This document shows positions 53,250 to 64,000 of a stretch of 64,000 nucleotides of DNA, piece by piece. Position 1 is the stretch's first letter; every line of letters starts with the position of its first letter. The position numbers and the translations under genes were made by a program. The stretch is from contig JBHGNT010000003.1 in NCBI GenBank assembly GCA_043228905.1, forward strand, positions 20,336,001-20,400,000, in the 5' to 3' direction. The notes under the pieces were generated by a model. That model saw nothing but the letters and a program-made list of their open reading frames with translations. It did no database searches and was not told the origin of the DNA. The stretch comes from Azolla caroliniana (taxonomy: Eukaryota; Plantae; Polypodiophyta).

Positions 53250-53830
53250 CTCTCTCTCTCATACACTTAAGACACTCACAACTATCCATTTCCTTCACAT
53301 CTATCCATTTCCAATGTTAAGGACTATCTATATCGTTCTCTAAATCTTTACATGGTATTAGAGCACGAGGGTTTTGCATTGACATAGCCTCTCCATTTAC
53401 CTCGTGTGTTATTTATCCATTACCTTGTACTAGCTCATATGCATCAACTAGTCAACCATTGTTATAAGAGTGCAAGTATGTAGCCCATGCGTGAGAGCTC
53501 AACCATATTTGTGCATTGTGAATATCAACGGAAAATGAGGAGAGAAAAAACCATCACCAACAAGATTAATGATGTAATTGGGCTCTTTATGAGTGAGAAA
53601 CTTGATCGAACCAACTTTGGACAAGAGAGAAGGGCGATTCTCCATTCTTCATGACAACATGGTGAAAATTGTAATTTTTGTCAAAGGGCAAAAAGACACA
53701 CATGAAATATAACACAAATGGGTTAACCATAAAACTTCCAAAAGTTGAGTTTGTGAGTAGACTCATGAACTTCAAAGGAAATGCGGTGAGTTTGTGTGAA
53801 GCATGCCGCTTTGGGAAGAAACACTAACAT
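53250..53830 (+). mobile_element. Ty1/Copia remnant (LTR end, PBS, pre-integrase motif)
   Basis: TTACA followed by TGGTATTAGAGC at 53353-53364 (one mismatch to the initiator-Met PBS TGGTATCAGAGC); peptide LCEACRFGKKH at ~53790-53825. Confidence 0.6.
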
Positions 53831-53996
53831 TTGTTTCGTAAGGATCAAAATGTGAATACTCGAAGTACATGTTGTATATAGCACAAACCCATCACAACAA
53901 ATTGCATTGATACTAAAGGCCAAGCATGGGACCATTTAAGGATCAAAATGTGAGCTATGAAAGTTACTCGTGAGTCTCTGTTGGCGTTTCTCTCTC

Positions 53997-54356
53997 TCTC
54001 ATGTATCCAGAGGCATATGGGAAGTCGATGAGATACCATGCCATGCATCCATGGGTCGTCTTTCTTATATGGAGGTATATGGATGCCATGTCATGAATCC
54101 ATGTGTTGTCTTACGTATCTGGAGGCATATGGGAAGTTGATGAGATGCCATGCCATGCATCCACAGGTTGTATTATGTATCCGGAGGCATATGAATGCCA
54201 TGTCATGGATCCATGCGGTTGTCTTACGTATTTGGTGGCATATGGGAAGTTGTTGAGATGCCATGCCATGCCATGTATCCATGGGGTGTCTTACGTATCT
54301 GGAGAAGAGGCATATGGGAAGTGGATGACATGACATGTCATGCCATGCCATGCATG
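53997..54356 (+). repeat. ATGCC-rich ~50-65-bp tandem array abutting the left end of the Mutator-like element
   Basis: About six diverged copies of GTATC(C/T)GGAGGCATATGGGAAGTTGATGAGATGCCATGCCATGCATCCATGG..GTCTTAC. Confidence 0.85.
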
Positions 54357-54369
54357 GGGTTGGGCCATG

Positions 54370-54514
54370 CTCGTGTTTATTCTGCATCAAATCATAAAGA
54401 GGGTTGGCGAGGGAATCGCGGCCATAGACGGTGCAAGTCGCTAGGCTGATGGTGCGTGCGACTGCACTGTCCGATTTGGATAAGAAAGAACGTGCAAAAA
54501 AAAAGTTGTTAGAG
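54370..54514 (+). repeat. Left terminal inverted repeat
   Basis: CAAATCATAAAGAGGG...GAGGGAATC...AGACGGTGCA.GTCGCT...TGCACTGTC.GATTTGGATAAGAAAGAA matches the reverse complement of 62851-62997. Confidence 0.92.
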
Positions 54515-54809
54515 GTCGCTCAACTCTGACCATTGCAAGTCGCCCAACCTTGACCTTTGCAGGTCGCCCAACCATGTGGTCACCCAACTGTTGCGGGTCG
54601 CCCAACCAAATGTATCATTTCAACCAAAATCTTCAAATAAGCTTGATCACTACCCTTAAAACTTACAATAACATATCAAACAATCACAAAATCCAACCTT
54701 AAATTATTCAAAATCGACGATCTTCACCATACTTAACATAAAACAAATAATCATCTTAAAACATAAAAGTTAAAAGTTAAAAAACTTAAAACTTAAAACA
54801 GAGATCAAT

Positions 54810-55110
54810 TTATAACATACTTGAAACATGAATCAAAATATGACATACTTGAAACATAAATCTACATACGACATATTTGAAACATAAAACATAAATCAGC
54901 ATATGACATACTTGAAAAATAAATCAACATATGACATCCTTTGAACATAAATCCACTTTAAACATCGTAAACTCAAATCAAAATAATATGACATACTTGA
55001 AACAGGAAACTTAAAACATAAATCCACATATGACATATTGAAATGGGAAACTTAAAACATAAATCAACATACGACATACTCCCAAATGCACTCATAAATC
55101 AACATAAATC
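54810..55110 (+). repeat. Tandem array downstream of the transposase gene
   Basis: Repeated AT(A)TGACATACTTGAAACATAAATCAAC units of about 28-35 bp. Confidence 0.8.
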
Positions 55111-55166
55111 CACTTTAAACATTGTAAACCCAAATGCACCGGTCCACAAAACCACTCAACCTATGT

Positions 55167-58090
55167 TTATGGCTCATCCGGAGAAGATGGCAAGATGCGG
55201 CCACAATTCTTGCAACAATCAACATTTGAGTTCCTTGATCTAAAGGTCAAGGCATCGCAATGCAAGCATCGAATCTTCTCTGTCGCACATATTGGCAACC
55301 GCCTCCTAGTTCGACTTGCGCCTCTTTGCATTTTTCCGGTGTGTGCCTTGGAAGTGTTTGGGGAGCTGCGAATAAGATCTTGTGAAATGTTGACTGATCC
55401 TTCCCTTTTTGCACCAATTCCTTGCTTACGCCTTATAGATCCACGGTCTTCTTCATTGGTTGGTTTCGGTGAACCTGCACGATACACCACCGTCTGACTC
55501 ATTTCTTCAATGGACTCCATACATGCCAAAATTGTTGCACGGTCGAGAGATCGTAACCCTTGCCTAAGACATTGAATAGCTCCCTCAACCGTTTGTAATT
55601 TCGACTCCCATTCCTCCATTTGTGATGTTATAGGGTTTGTCTCCTCGATTGGTTCTACCTTTGTCTCCACTTCCGTCTCTATGAAATGGTCATTGCGCAT
55701 ATGGGTTGCATGATCTATAAAAGGTAATGACCCACATAGATGTGGCATGTGCCTCTCAAGAATCATCCTGATGCCGAGTATATGCTTACATTTACGCGTA
55801 GGGTCTTGGCAATCACAATATGAGCATTGGAGTGATACATTATATGATACATTCGGTTTTGTCAAGCTGAATATTTTAAACCAATATCAGGGCTTGTCCA
55901 CAATATGCATTGTCTCATCATTAGTTTCATGCCTCTCTAGTATCCTCTTGGCCTCTTTAAGTCTTGTTGTTTGATCCCTACAATTTGCACGGGGTGCAAA
56001 TCTACCACTCTCACATATTTATTGTTGTTGCTTGTACCATTCAATAACAGTGCCCCCGTCGCAAGTGCCAATTTGACTGTCCCCGATTAAAACATGCACA
56101 AGATCGGTAATTGATCGGTTTATCCTCCCTCTCAAGGCAATATATTTGATAAACTACCAATGTCTCTCCACAATATTGGTAGTGTCAGCATGTTCGTAGT
56201 TGAACATTCTACCAAATTTGGGCCACAGTTTCTCCACACACATTTCAAGCCACACCATCCTCCTTCTATATATTGCCAAACACATGGCTTTTTTTGCATA
56301 TTCTACCTTTAACTCCTCACATTGGGCACTGAATGTGGATTCCGTAATGCATTGCATGAGTTGGCAATTCCGATTATAAAGATGTTTTCTCTCAGTTGCA
56401 CTTACCTTTGGCAACAAGTTGTCCAACCATGCTTTTTTTGCGTGGAACTAACACAACAAAAGTCGACAATGTGTTTGTGACCTTTGCCCATTTGTAACAA
56501 TCCAAGATAATCGGTCTGTTGCAACCACATTACTTATGGCATTATATGATGTCCAACTTTTATCGATGACTATCGCATTTGGCCTCACATTGGGCATCTG
56601 TGCGAATATGACTCTCAAGCAAGTTTCTAAAGCTACTTGCTCATGGTTAGACCCCTTATCAGAACTACATATCATGTACCATAATGGGATACCAACTCCC
56701 ATGGCATTTGGGGCCACAACTGCATATGATGGCAAGCCAAATTGGTTTGTTTTAAACGTGGAGTCAATTGCCCAAGAGTTGTTTATTGACAATCGCTCAC
56801 ACATCTCTAACATCCATTCATCTTGGAGCACTAAGATGAATGGTTGCCTTGCGGGAGATCCATATTCACCAAGCAAGTAAGGTTGGACATGAGCGACCTT
56901 CCCAAGATCTCGGAGGGCATAGGCATCTTGTATCATCAAAGACCGATCAACTGTTGACATGGGACTCCCAAATTTTAACTTGTTGGCCATGTTATGGACC
57001 TCCTTTGGTATCATAAAGAACCTATAACTCACAAGGTCTAATGGACTAGCCTTGGACTTATGATATGCTTCCTTATGCATGCTCATCCATGCCACATGTC
57101 GTGCGCATCCAACATCAAAAAGGTAATCTCTGCAACAACTTATAACATTTGGGTGTGCCGCAAATAGTACACATCTGGTCTACTTCCCGGTACATGACCC
57201 GTATGAGGTCCATATATTGAAAGGGTCATTGTCCCATGGTCAACCTCGTCATTCCTTCGAGCGTTCACATGAAAAGTACACCCACATCGGGATGAATGCT
57301 TTCTACATTGAGTGCACCGATATTGCTTCTTGGCCACACCGGATCGGTGACAATTATACCTAGTCACACGTGCACTCCTTGTGCCCCCTGTCCGGAAGCG
57401 TGCGTGATACCTTAATTGAACATCTATGAGTGTATCATCAACCTTATGGGCCTCTATCTTGATCACTTCTGTGGGTCTAGACTTTTTATATTTCACGACA
57501 CTTGTCCCCTCCATGTCAGATGGAGTTAACCTCAACACAACTTGACAACCACATCGATCAACCACTGCTTTCACATACGCACTAGGGATCCCATGGTCAC
57601 GAAGGTCATTGGACCAAAGTCTCTTTAACTCTGTTAGAGTACCTGTCAAAGAACGGTGCGATGCGCCACAATGTGACGCCATTACTATCTCCCTCCATTT
57701 CTCTACGTTCGTAACCTGAAGATGAGGTGATGCCTTAAGGTGTATTGCGTTCTCATTTCTAAGCATTAGACGAGTCTTCATGCGCCTCCATGCATGTAAA
57801 TTAAGAGGTGCACCCCTTGCGATCGCGCTTAATGTTTCAAATGTTACCTTAACTTGACCCGATAAATCTTTAAGCATTAAATTGTACGTACCTCTTGTGA
57901 ATGCAAAATACCTCGCCAATCAATACATGAAGGGATCAACCTCCTCCGCCTCTTCTTCAGATGAAGTCGACTCACAGTCTTCGGATGCAGACGAGTCCAA
58001 GTCTTCGTCGATGGTTGCGGAGTATGGTGATGCATAACCATCCTCAGAATCATACAAGGACGTGAAGAAATCTAGTTCCTTTGGATTCAT
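55167..58090 (-). pseudogene. MULE transposase (HHCC-like module, WRKY/FAR1-like zinc finger, DDE core, SWIM), disrupted
   Basis: ATG at 58090. Motifs YNCHRSG...RCGCTFHV...HTGH, WAIDSTFKTN (D1), IVIDKS (D2), LLC*FHAKKAW (CxxH), TTNIVERHW (E), CDCQDPTRKCKH (SWIM). Several in-frame stops and at least one frameshift (~57160). Confidence 0.92.
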
Positions 58091-58304
58091 CTTGACAACT
58101 TCTAATTCTTGTAGTGATTAATCAGAGGTAATTAAGACAGAGAATGTGATTAATTGAATCTGATTAAGACAGAGAATGTGATTATGGGGTGATTATAAGA
58201 ATCTAATTAAGCTAGAGAATGTGATTAATTGAATTTGATGTTAAGAGGTAATTAATTGGAGATGGAATCAACTTTGATTAAAATGAAGGTTTAGGGATTT
58301 AATA

Positions 58305-58836
58305 GGTTGGGCGACTTGGCTTATGGTTGGGTGACTATATTAAAAGAGGTTGGGCGACCTGGATTATGATCGCGAGCTGTTTTTTAAAACGGTTGGGTGA
58401 CCTGGTTTATAACAGAGAATGATTTTTAACAGGTTTGGGTGACCTTCTTTATTACCATCGATATGTTTTACGAGGGTTGGGTGACTTGTTAAATATAGGT
58501 TGGGTGACCTGCTTATAATGTTTTCCATATTTAAACAGGTTGGGCGACTTGGATTATGAGAGAATGATTTTTAAGATGTTTGGGTGACCTAGGTTATGAG
58601 AGAATTATTTTTAAGAGGTTTGGGCAACCAGGTTTATTACCATCGATGTTTTTTTACAATGGTTGGGTGACCTACTTATATTGTTTTCCATATTTAAACA
58701 GGTTGGGTGACCTGGTTTATTACCATCGATGTTTTTTACAAGGGTTGGGCGACCTGCTTATAATATTTTCCATATTTAAACAGGTTGGGCGACTTGGTTT
58801 ATTACCATCGATGTTTTTTACAAGGGTTGGGCGACC
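58305..58836 (+). repeat. Internal array of ~15 GGTTGGG(C/T)GAC motifs upstream of the transposase gene
   Basis: Motif spaced ~20-44 bp apart, with a higher-order ~82-bp repeat in the right half. Confidence 0.92.
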
Positions 58837-58989
58837 TGAACACTTGAGATTGGAACGTGGATATATTTGAAAATAGCTTTTTCGAATCAACAGAGTCCAC
58901 AATTCAAAGAAAATACACCATATCTTTGAAATCATTTGACTCAACTCACTAGACACAAATCAGAGAAAATACACCATACGCATGAAATC

Positions 58990-59130
58990 AACAAATCAAC
59001 TTGAGATCACAACTTGAGATTGGTTTAAAACAACAAATCAACTTGAGATTACAACTTGAGATTGGTTTAAAACAACAAATCAACTTTAGATCACAACTTG
59101 AGATTGGTTTAAAATAGAAAATCAACTTGA
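58990..59130 (+). repeat. 42-bp tandem repeat (x3) downstream of the Ulp1 gene
   Basis: ACAAATCAACTTGAGATCACAACTTGAGATTGGTTTAAAACA three times. Confidence 0.9.
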
Positions 59131-59279
59131 CATAAACTTGTAAACAACTTTTCCATTAATAAGTACTCGCGATATACAATGAGTCGATACTCACTGTACA
59201 AAATTTGTGTGTATTCCAAAATATAGTCACAACATCCGCTCTATAACAAAATCTGTGCTGAAAATAGCAGACACAAAAT

Positions 59280-61911
59280 TTACAATATGGGGCCACCGGT
59301 TGCAGGTGCAAATCCTAGTACCCTTCGTGCCCACTCGTCCACATGAATCCGAAGTGAATCCACTTCGCGTTTAGTGAACCACATCTCTATGCCCTGTCAC
59401 CAAATATGTATAAGAACACATCTATACACAATCCAAATGAATAAGGCATTGCAATTACACTTACAAAAGTCGGAGATATCCATCCTTGTAAGAACTCCTC
59501 CACCAGCATCTGGATAGTCTTCATCACGTAAAAGCCACAATCCCAATAATTTGGCTGAGTTGGGATGTGCAATACGTGATGTCGACCCTTGGACACAATG
59601 GTGTGGTCTAACAGTTCAAATGAAATGGTTCGAATCGCCAACCTTGCCAGTCACCGCGTTGTTTAATGGATCGCAGAAGACTACTTTGCTGGTAAGCTTA
59701 GAAACTTTTTGTTGCATCTTTGTCCACAACACCCAATGGCCGTCAAGCATGATCAGAATGAAGATAAAATCACATTTAGCCACCTTCCTAAGGATGGCTT
59801 GCCCCTTCGTCGTCTGCTGGTGTAGCTGCACCCATAGTGGGTCAACAATGGTGAAGCATTTTGTCACCTCGGGTGGAAATGAATACTCCATAAACAATGT
59901 GAATAAGTTCATCATCCAGGTCGATGCCATTTCTCTATCCTTGCACATGGTCTCAAGATCTAACTCAGTAACGTCAACGGCCATATCGAGATGTTGGCAG
60001 GTCAGCTGATACTTGAATGCATAGAAATATGTAGTTTGAGTAGGTATATCACACTCAATGTCAGTTAGTAGGATACTAATTTATATTTCACATAAAACTA
60101 CCTGGAAAAGTGTTTGTTCGGTGTTTGGATCCACAATCTGATGCCCTTTCCGTGCTGAATTTGAACTGTGGCCACATCCGATGCAACGTCATTTGAATCT
60201 AATGTTAAGGGGAGAACATCAGTGTTTGATTCAATCTCCTTCCGTCGGACTGGCATCTTCCGCCGTCTCCGTCTTAGTGGAGTGGACACACCACCCTCAA
60301 ATGGGTTTAGAGCCTCACCCACATCTATGGACACACCCTCTTCGGTGGATATCCCCGCCTTTTTACATTGTTTCACCACAATAAGGCAGATGTTATTATC
60401 TAAATTTTGTCAATAAACCCTCCAATACATATTGTCAAGATTCGAACTCTTGACATGACCATGTTATAATCGAGTGTTATGTGTTAACCACACACATCTA
60501 GCATATAATCATGTATATACTTCCTCATTGTAGGTTTTAGCTAGCATCATGTGCATAATTTCTCCCTTGTATTATTAACACTTGGCACATGCATGCGTAC
60601 CTACTACCTACATGCTCTATTGTATCACATGCGTGCAACAGGTATGCATGCTACTTAGTATAAATAGTTGAGTTCACCTTGAAGGAATTCAAGGTGAACA
60701 ACACCAGTCATTGACACATCAATACAATATTCTCGTTTCGCCTCATCTTGTAGACTCCTTGATCTACATCTTTGTCTTCATTCTCTTATGTTGTTCCTAG
60801 CTTCTTAAGTTCCTCGTAGCCTTATCATCCATGTTTCTGTCTGAGTCCGCAATTGGTGTTTCATTCCATCTTGTCTCCTTCTTCATCTCTATCTTCATGC
60901 TCTTGTGTCATTTCGTTGCTCCCAACTTCTTGAGTTTCTAGCCTCTTCACTTCTAGTTCGTAGTCCACACTCTTAGCCCGATCATCCATGCGTCATTCGA
61001 GTCCGCGGTTGGTATGTCCGTGACATATATCTCAAATGAAATCCGCGCTCATACTTACATAAGAATCCAAACCGGATGCAATCTTCGTCTTCAACATCTC
61101 CAAACGCACATCCTTTTTGGAGTCGTATATGGCCATCTCGTGGTCCATAAATCGCGCCACGAACTCTGCCTTTGTGTCAAGACGGAGTTCAACGGGAATA
61201 GAGTTGTACCTCGAAATAACCCTAACCTTCAACTTCCGGATGTATGGTTGCCGATTTCTATAGTACATGATTTCGGGGTCCATGAATCTTTTGAATGATC
61301 TCTGACGGTCATAGCTATTAAAGCATGCCCCCGGAGTACCCTCCTCCTCTATACGCATCCCTCGTGGTAGGACTATGTCAATTCCATGTTCCCTACGTAA
61401 ATGTGATTCCAAGTCACATTTTTTGCGACACCACCTTGGCGAGAGGTGGCAATACTCAGTATAGATACAAGCACGGGCCTTGTTCCCATTTGCATCTCTT
61501 CCAACCTTATACAACAAGTCTAGGCTAGGAGCATCTGTTGTTTTTGTATGTGTTACATATTTAAGATTGACATAAAGATTGACATATTACAACGACACCA
61601 AATCCACATACCATTTGGAGGAGCATCTTTGTCGAATGTTGCCATGGCATGTATCGGCTCGATTTGAGGCAGATGAACCCCTAATGTCTCATCCCTTCTC
61701 TCCCCACCCTTAGACATGTTGGCTAACGAACTTCTCCAATGTCTTCTAACGAAAACCCTTTAACAAATCAAGAGTCAACATACATGCATGCAACATTACA
61801 CCGCATTACTAGTATTAGGGGAGATTGGTTCGTGACATACCTTTCTTGAGTTGGATATATGTCACCGTTATCGGAATCCCACCAATCTTTGTACTTGGAC
61901 CTAGAAGCCAT
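59280..61911 (-). pseudogene. Spliced accessory gene: C2H2-like zinc finger, charged region, basic NLS, Ulp1/C48 SUMO-protease domain; disrupted
   Basis: ATG at 61911; exons ~61911-61841, ~61758-61612, ~61535 onward, ~60390-60101, ~60015-59465, 59393-59280. CIYTEYC...LESHLRREH, PLRRRRRK, and C48 motifs GHW, FCDPL, QPNYWDCG. Frameshift near 59640 and stop at 61032. Confidence 0.78.
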
Positions 61912-62554
61912 CTACCACCATTCAAGTAATCAAACATTTTCTGAATTTAATACTCAAACACACACAATATTAAGATTAATCAAGCATATCATTAAACTGT
62001 AAACCATTCACATTCTAATATCAAGCATTGAAATCATAATTTCAACCGTAAACCAATATAGCTATTAAGGTCACATATCAATAAATTGTATACTTTAAGG
62101 TCACATATCACACAATATTAACTTTAATCTAGCAAAGCATTAAACCGATAAACATTCTAATAGCAAGCATTAAAATCATCAAAAACATGTTCTAAACAGT
62201 TTCTAAACCCTAAACATTGTCCCTATCATTCTAAAATCAAGTCATACTATCACATTAAAATCATAATATCAACCAAAACCTTCTCCCAAACCCTAATTCC
62301 TTAACATGAAAAAAAATTCCTCAACTATTCCAAACCCTAATCCCTCAACTATTCCTACCACATGTAAATAAAATCAGAAAATGTGATGTTATAGGGTTTA
62401 GTACATACCTGGGAATAGTAGGGGATGAGATTGATTGCCGAGTATGTCGATTGCAGGCCACCTGAAGATACTTTTCCTTCCCGGCAAAAAAACCCTGTCA
62501 ATCTCGTTTGAAAAAATGAGAGATAAAGACAGGTTCCAGGGTTTTATAGTCATC

Positions 62555-62842
62555 GGTTGGGCGACCTGCTTCGATGAGGTCGATGGTTGGGCGACCAACA
62601 TAATATAAACTTACCTGCGGTTGGACGACTTGCTTCACCGGTTGGGGACCTACTTAAACCGGTCACCCAACCGTTTTAAAAATATAACTTAGTTGGGTGA
62701 CCACAATCAAATCAGTTGGGAGACCAAACTTAAAATGGCAGGTTGGGCGACCACATTAAACCGGTTGGGAGACCACATATGTTAAACAGGTTGGGCAACC
62801 ACAATATCTAGGTTGGACGACCAGGATAGGTAGGTTGGGCCG
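62555..62842 (+). repeat. Right subterminal array of ~12 GGTTGGG(C/T/A)GAC motifs
   Basis: Same motif as 58305-58836. One inverted copy at ~62661; about five inverted copies (GTCGCCCAACC) lie inside the left TIR at 54514-54608. Confidence 0.9.
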
Positions 62843-62850
62843 ATTGAGAA

Positions 62851-62997
62851 CTCAGACACCTTTTTTTTTCACGCATTCTTTCTTATCCAAATCTGACAGT
62901 GCAGATCGCACACACCTTCCTTTGAGCGACCTGCACCGTCTGTGACCATGATTCCCTCGGCAGCCCTCTTTATGATTTGTGTCATAATAGACACATC
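62851..62997 (-). repeat. Right terminal inverted repeat
   Basis: Reverse complement aligns to 54370-54514. ORF-track read-outs NHKEGCRGNHGHRRCRSL and NHKEGWRGNRGHRRCKSL reflect the match. Confidence 0.92.
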
Positions 62998-63562
62998 GGG
63001 TTGGGCCATGGATTGGCATGCCAAACCCTTGCCATGGCAATCAACTTTTTGGCATGAATCTCAATCCAATTGGAATGGAATGATAAAAGAATGAGTGTGA
63101 TGATTTTTTAAAACAAAAAAAAACACACCTAAACTGGAAGAAGAAGAAAAAGATAAGAGACTTAGAGTCTTTTCCCCTTCCCCTGCTGCTGCTGGTTATT
63201 TGCTCTTAATCTCTGTCTGATCTTTTTGCATCATCATCATCATCATCATCATGGTCATCTTCCTAAGTAAGCTCTCCTTCTCTTCCAAGAGAGAACAGAG
63301 AATACAAGAAATGCAGAGAGAAACATTGGGTTGAGCGCAGTATGGTTTCTTATTGAGAGCTTTACCGATTGATTCTTATCTAGGGATCATCGTATGTTTG
63401 TATATATATATGTATATATATATATATATGGATGGATGGATGGATGTAATTTATTTCATGCGAATACACTTGGAGAAACACTTATTCTCTGATTCCTAGA
63501 CCCAGCTCTCCATTTTGGAGGAAAAGGGAAAAGAGAAAGTGGGTTTGCTTCTTTTGGGATTG

Positions 63563-64000
63563 ATGTGGTCAGTATTGCTCCCATTCAGTTTGCAAGCCTC
63601 TACCCCTGCCAATATACGTCCTGGTGTCTCGGTTCGTGCTTTTAAGGATAAGACCCATGGGAAATGGGTGTTTGAAAAGGACATATTTGATAGCAATGTT
63701 CACAGAGGAGGAAGAAATGATGATGAAATCAACCTCTGTGAAGATAAGGATGAAGAGATTGGATTGATACCAAACGAATGGATTTCTTTACAAGTTGGTC
63801 TTCATAAGACAAAAGCAGAGAGAAAGAAAGAACTCCAGCTTCAACAGTTAGAGGAAACTAAGCGCAAGTCGCTAGAATTGCGTCAGAAAAAGGAACAGCT
63901 TGAAACAAAATTTGCTTCATATAATGCAAGTGATGAATATATACCTTCAGTAAACATTCCAAAAGTGCTACAAGAATCAACTGGTGGAAAGGAAAAATCT
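63563..64000 (+). CDS. 5' part of a protein-coding gene, possibly plastid-targeted, truncated by the window end
   Basis: Frame open from acceptor CCTAG|63500 to 64000; MWSVLLPFSLQASTPANIRPGVSVRAFKD then a charged coiled-coil-like segment; upstream leader with donor GTAAGC at ~63267. Confidence 0.7.
   Translation, partial: MWSVLLPFSLQASTPANIRPGVSVRAFKDKTHGKWVFEKDIFDSNVHRGGRNDDEINLCEDKDEEIGLIPNEWISLQVGLHKTKAERKKELQLQQLEETKRKSLELRQKKEQLETKFASYNASDEYIPSVNIPKVLQESTGGKEKS

Larger units (their letters stand above)
54370..62997 (-). mobile_element. Mutator-like DNA transposon (MULE), 8.6 kb, two genes, now defective
   Basis: Imperfect TIRs 54370-54514 and 62851-62997; GGGTTGGGCCATG direct repeat at 54357-54369 and 62998-63010; internal DDE/SWIM transposase and Ulp1 gene. 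Confidence 0.92.

Noticed and set aside
58305-58836. CRISPR-like repeat/spacer appearance
   Set aside because: Eukaryotic context, an 11-bp core, spacers that repeat each other, and no cas genes.

Overview
AT-rich, intron-containing land-plant nuclear DNA; the gene content hints at a non-seed plant, but the organism cannot be fixed from sequence alone. Four complete spliced genes can be reconstructed by hand: a MEI2-like three-RRM protein (+), a PPR-SMR protein (+), a SWIB/Plus3/GYF/CCCH (NERD-like) protein (+), and a 15-exon cyanobacterial-type membrane Ser/Thr kinase with a transit-peptide-like N-terminus (-). A fifth gene starts at the right edge. The NERD-like gene carries a minor-spliceosome AT-AC intron whose 5' splice site is duplicated. 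The main accessory feature is an 8.6-kb Mutator-like element (54370-62997) with ~145-bp TIRs and a 13-bp flanking direct repeat. It encodes a decayed DDE/SWIM transposase with an N-terminal integrase-like HHCC module and a second spliced gene (C2H2 zinc finger plus Ulp1 protease). Three arrays of a GGTTGGG(C/T)GAC motif sit inside the TIRs and in front of each gene, recalling VANDAL-type anti-silencing architecture. LINE, Copia, hAT and MITE debris, minisatellites and short tandem duplications fill the rest. All gene models are manual and no database search was run.
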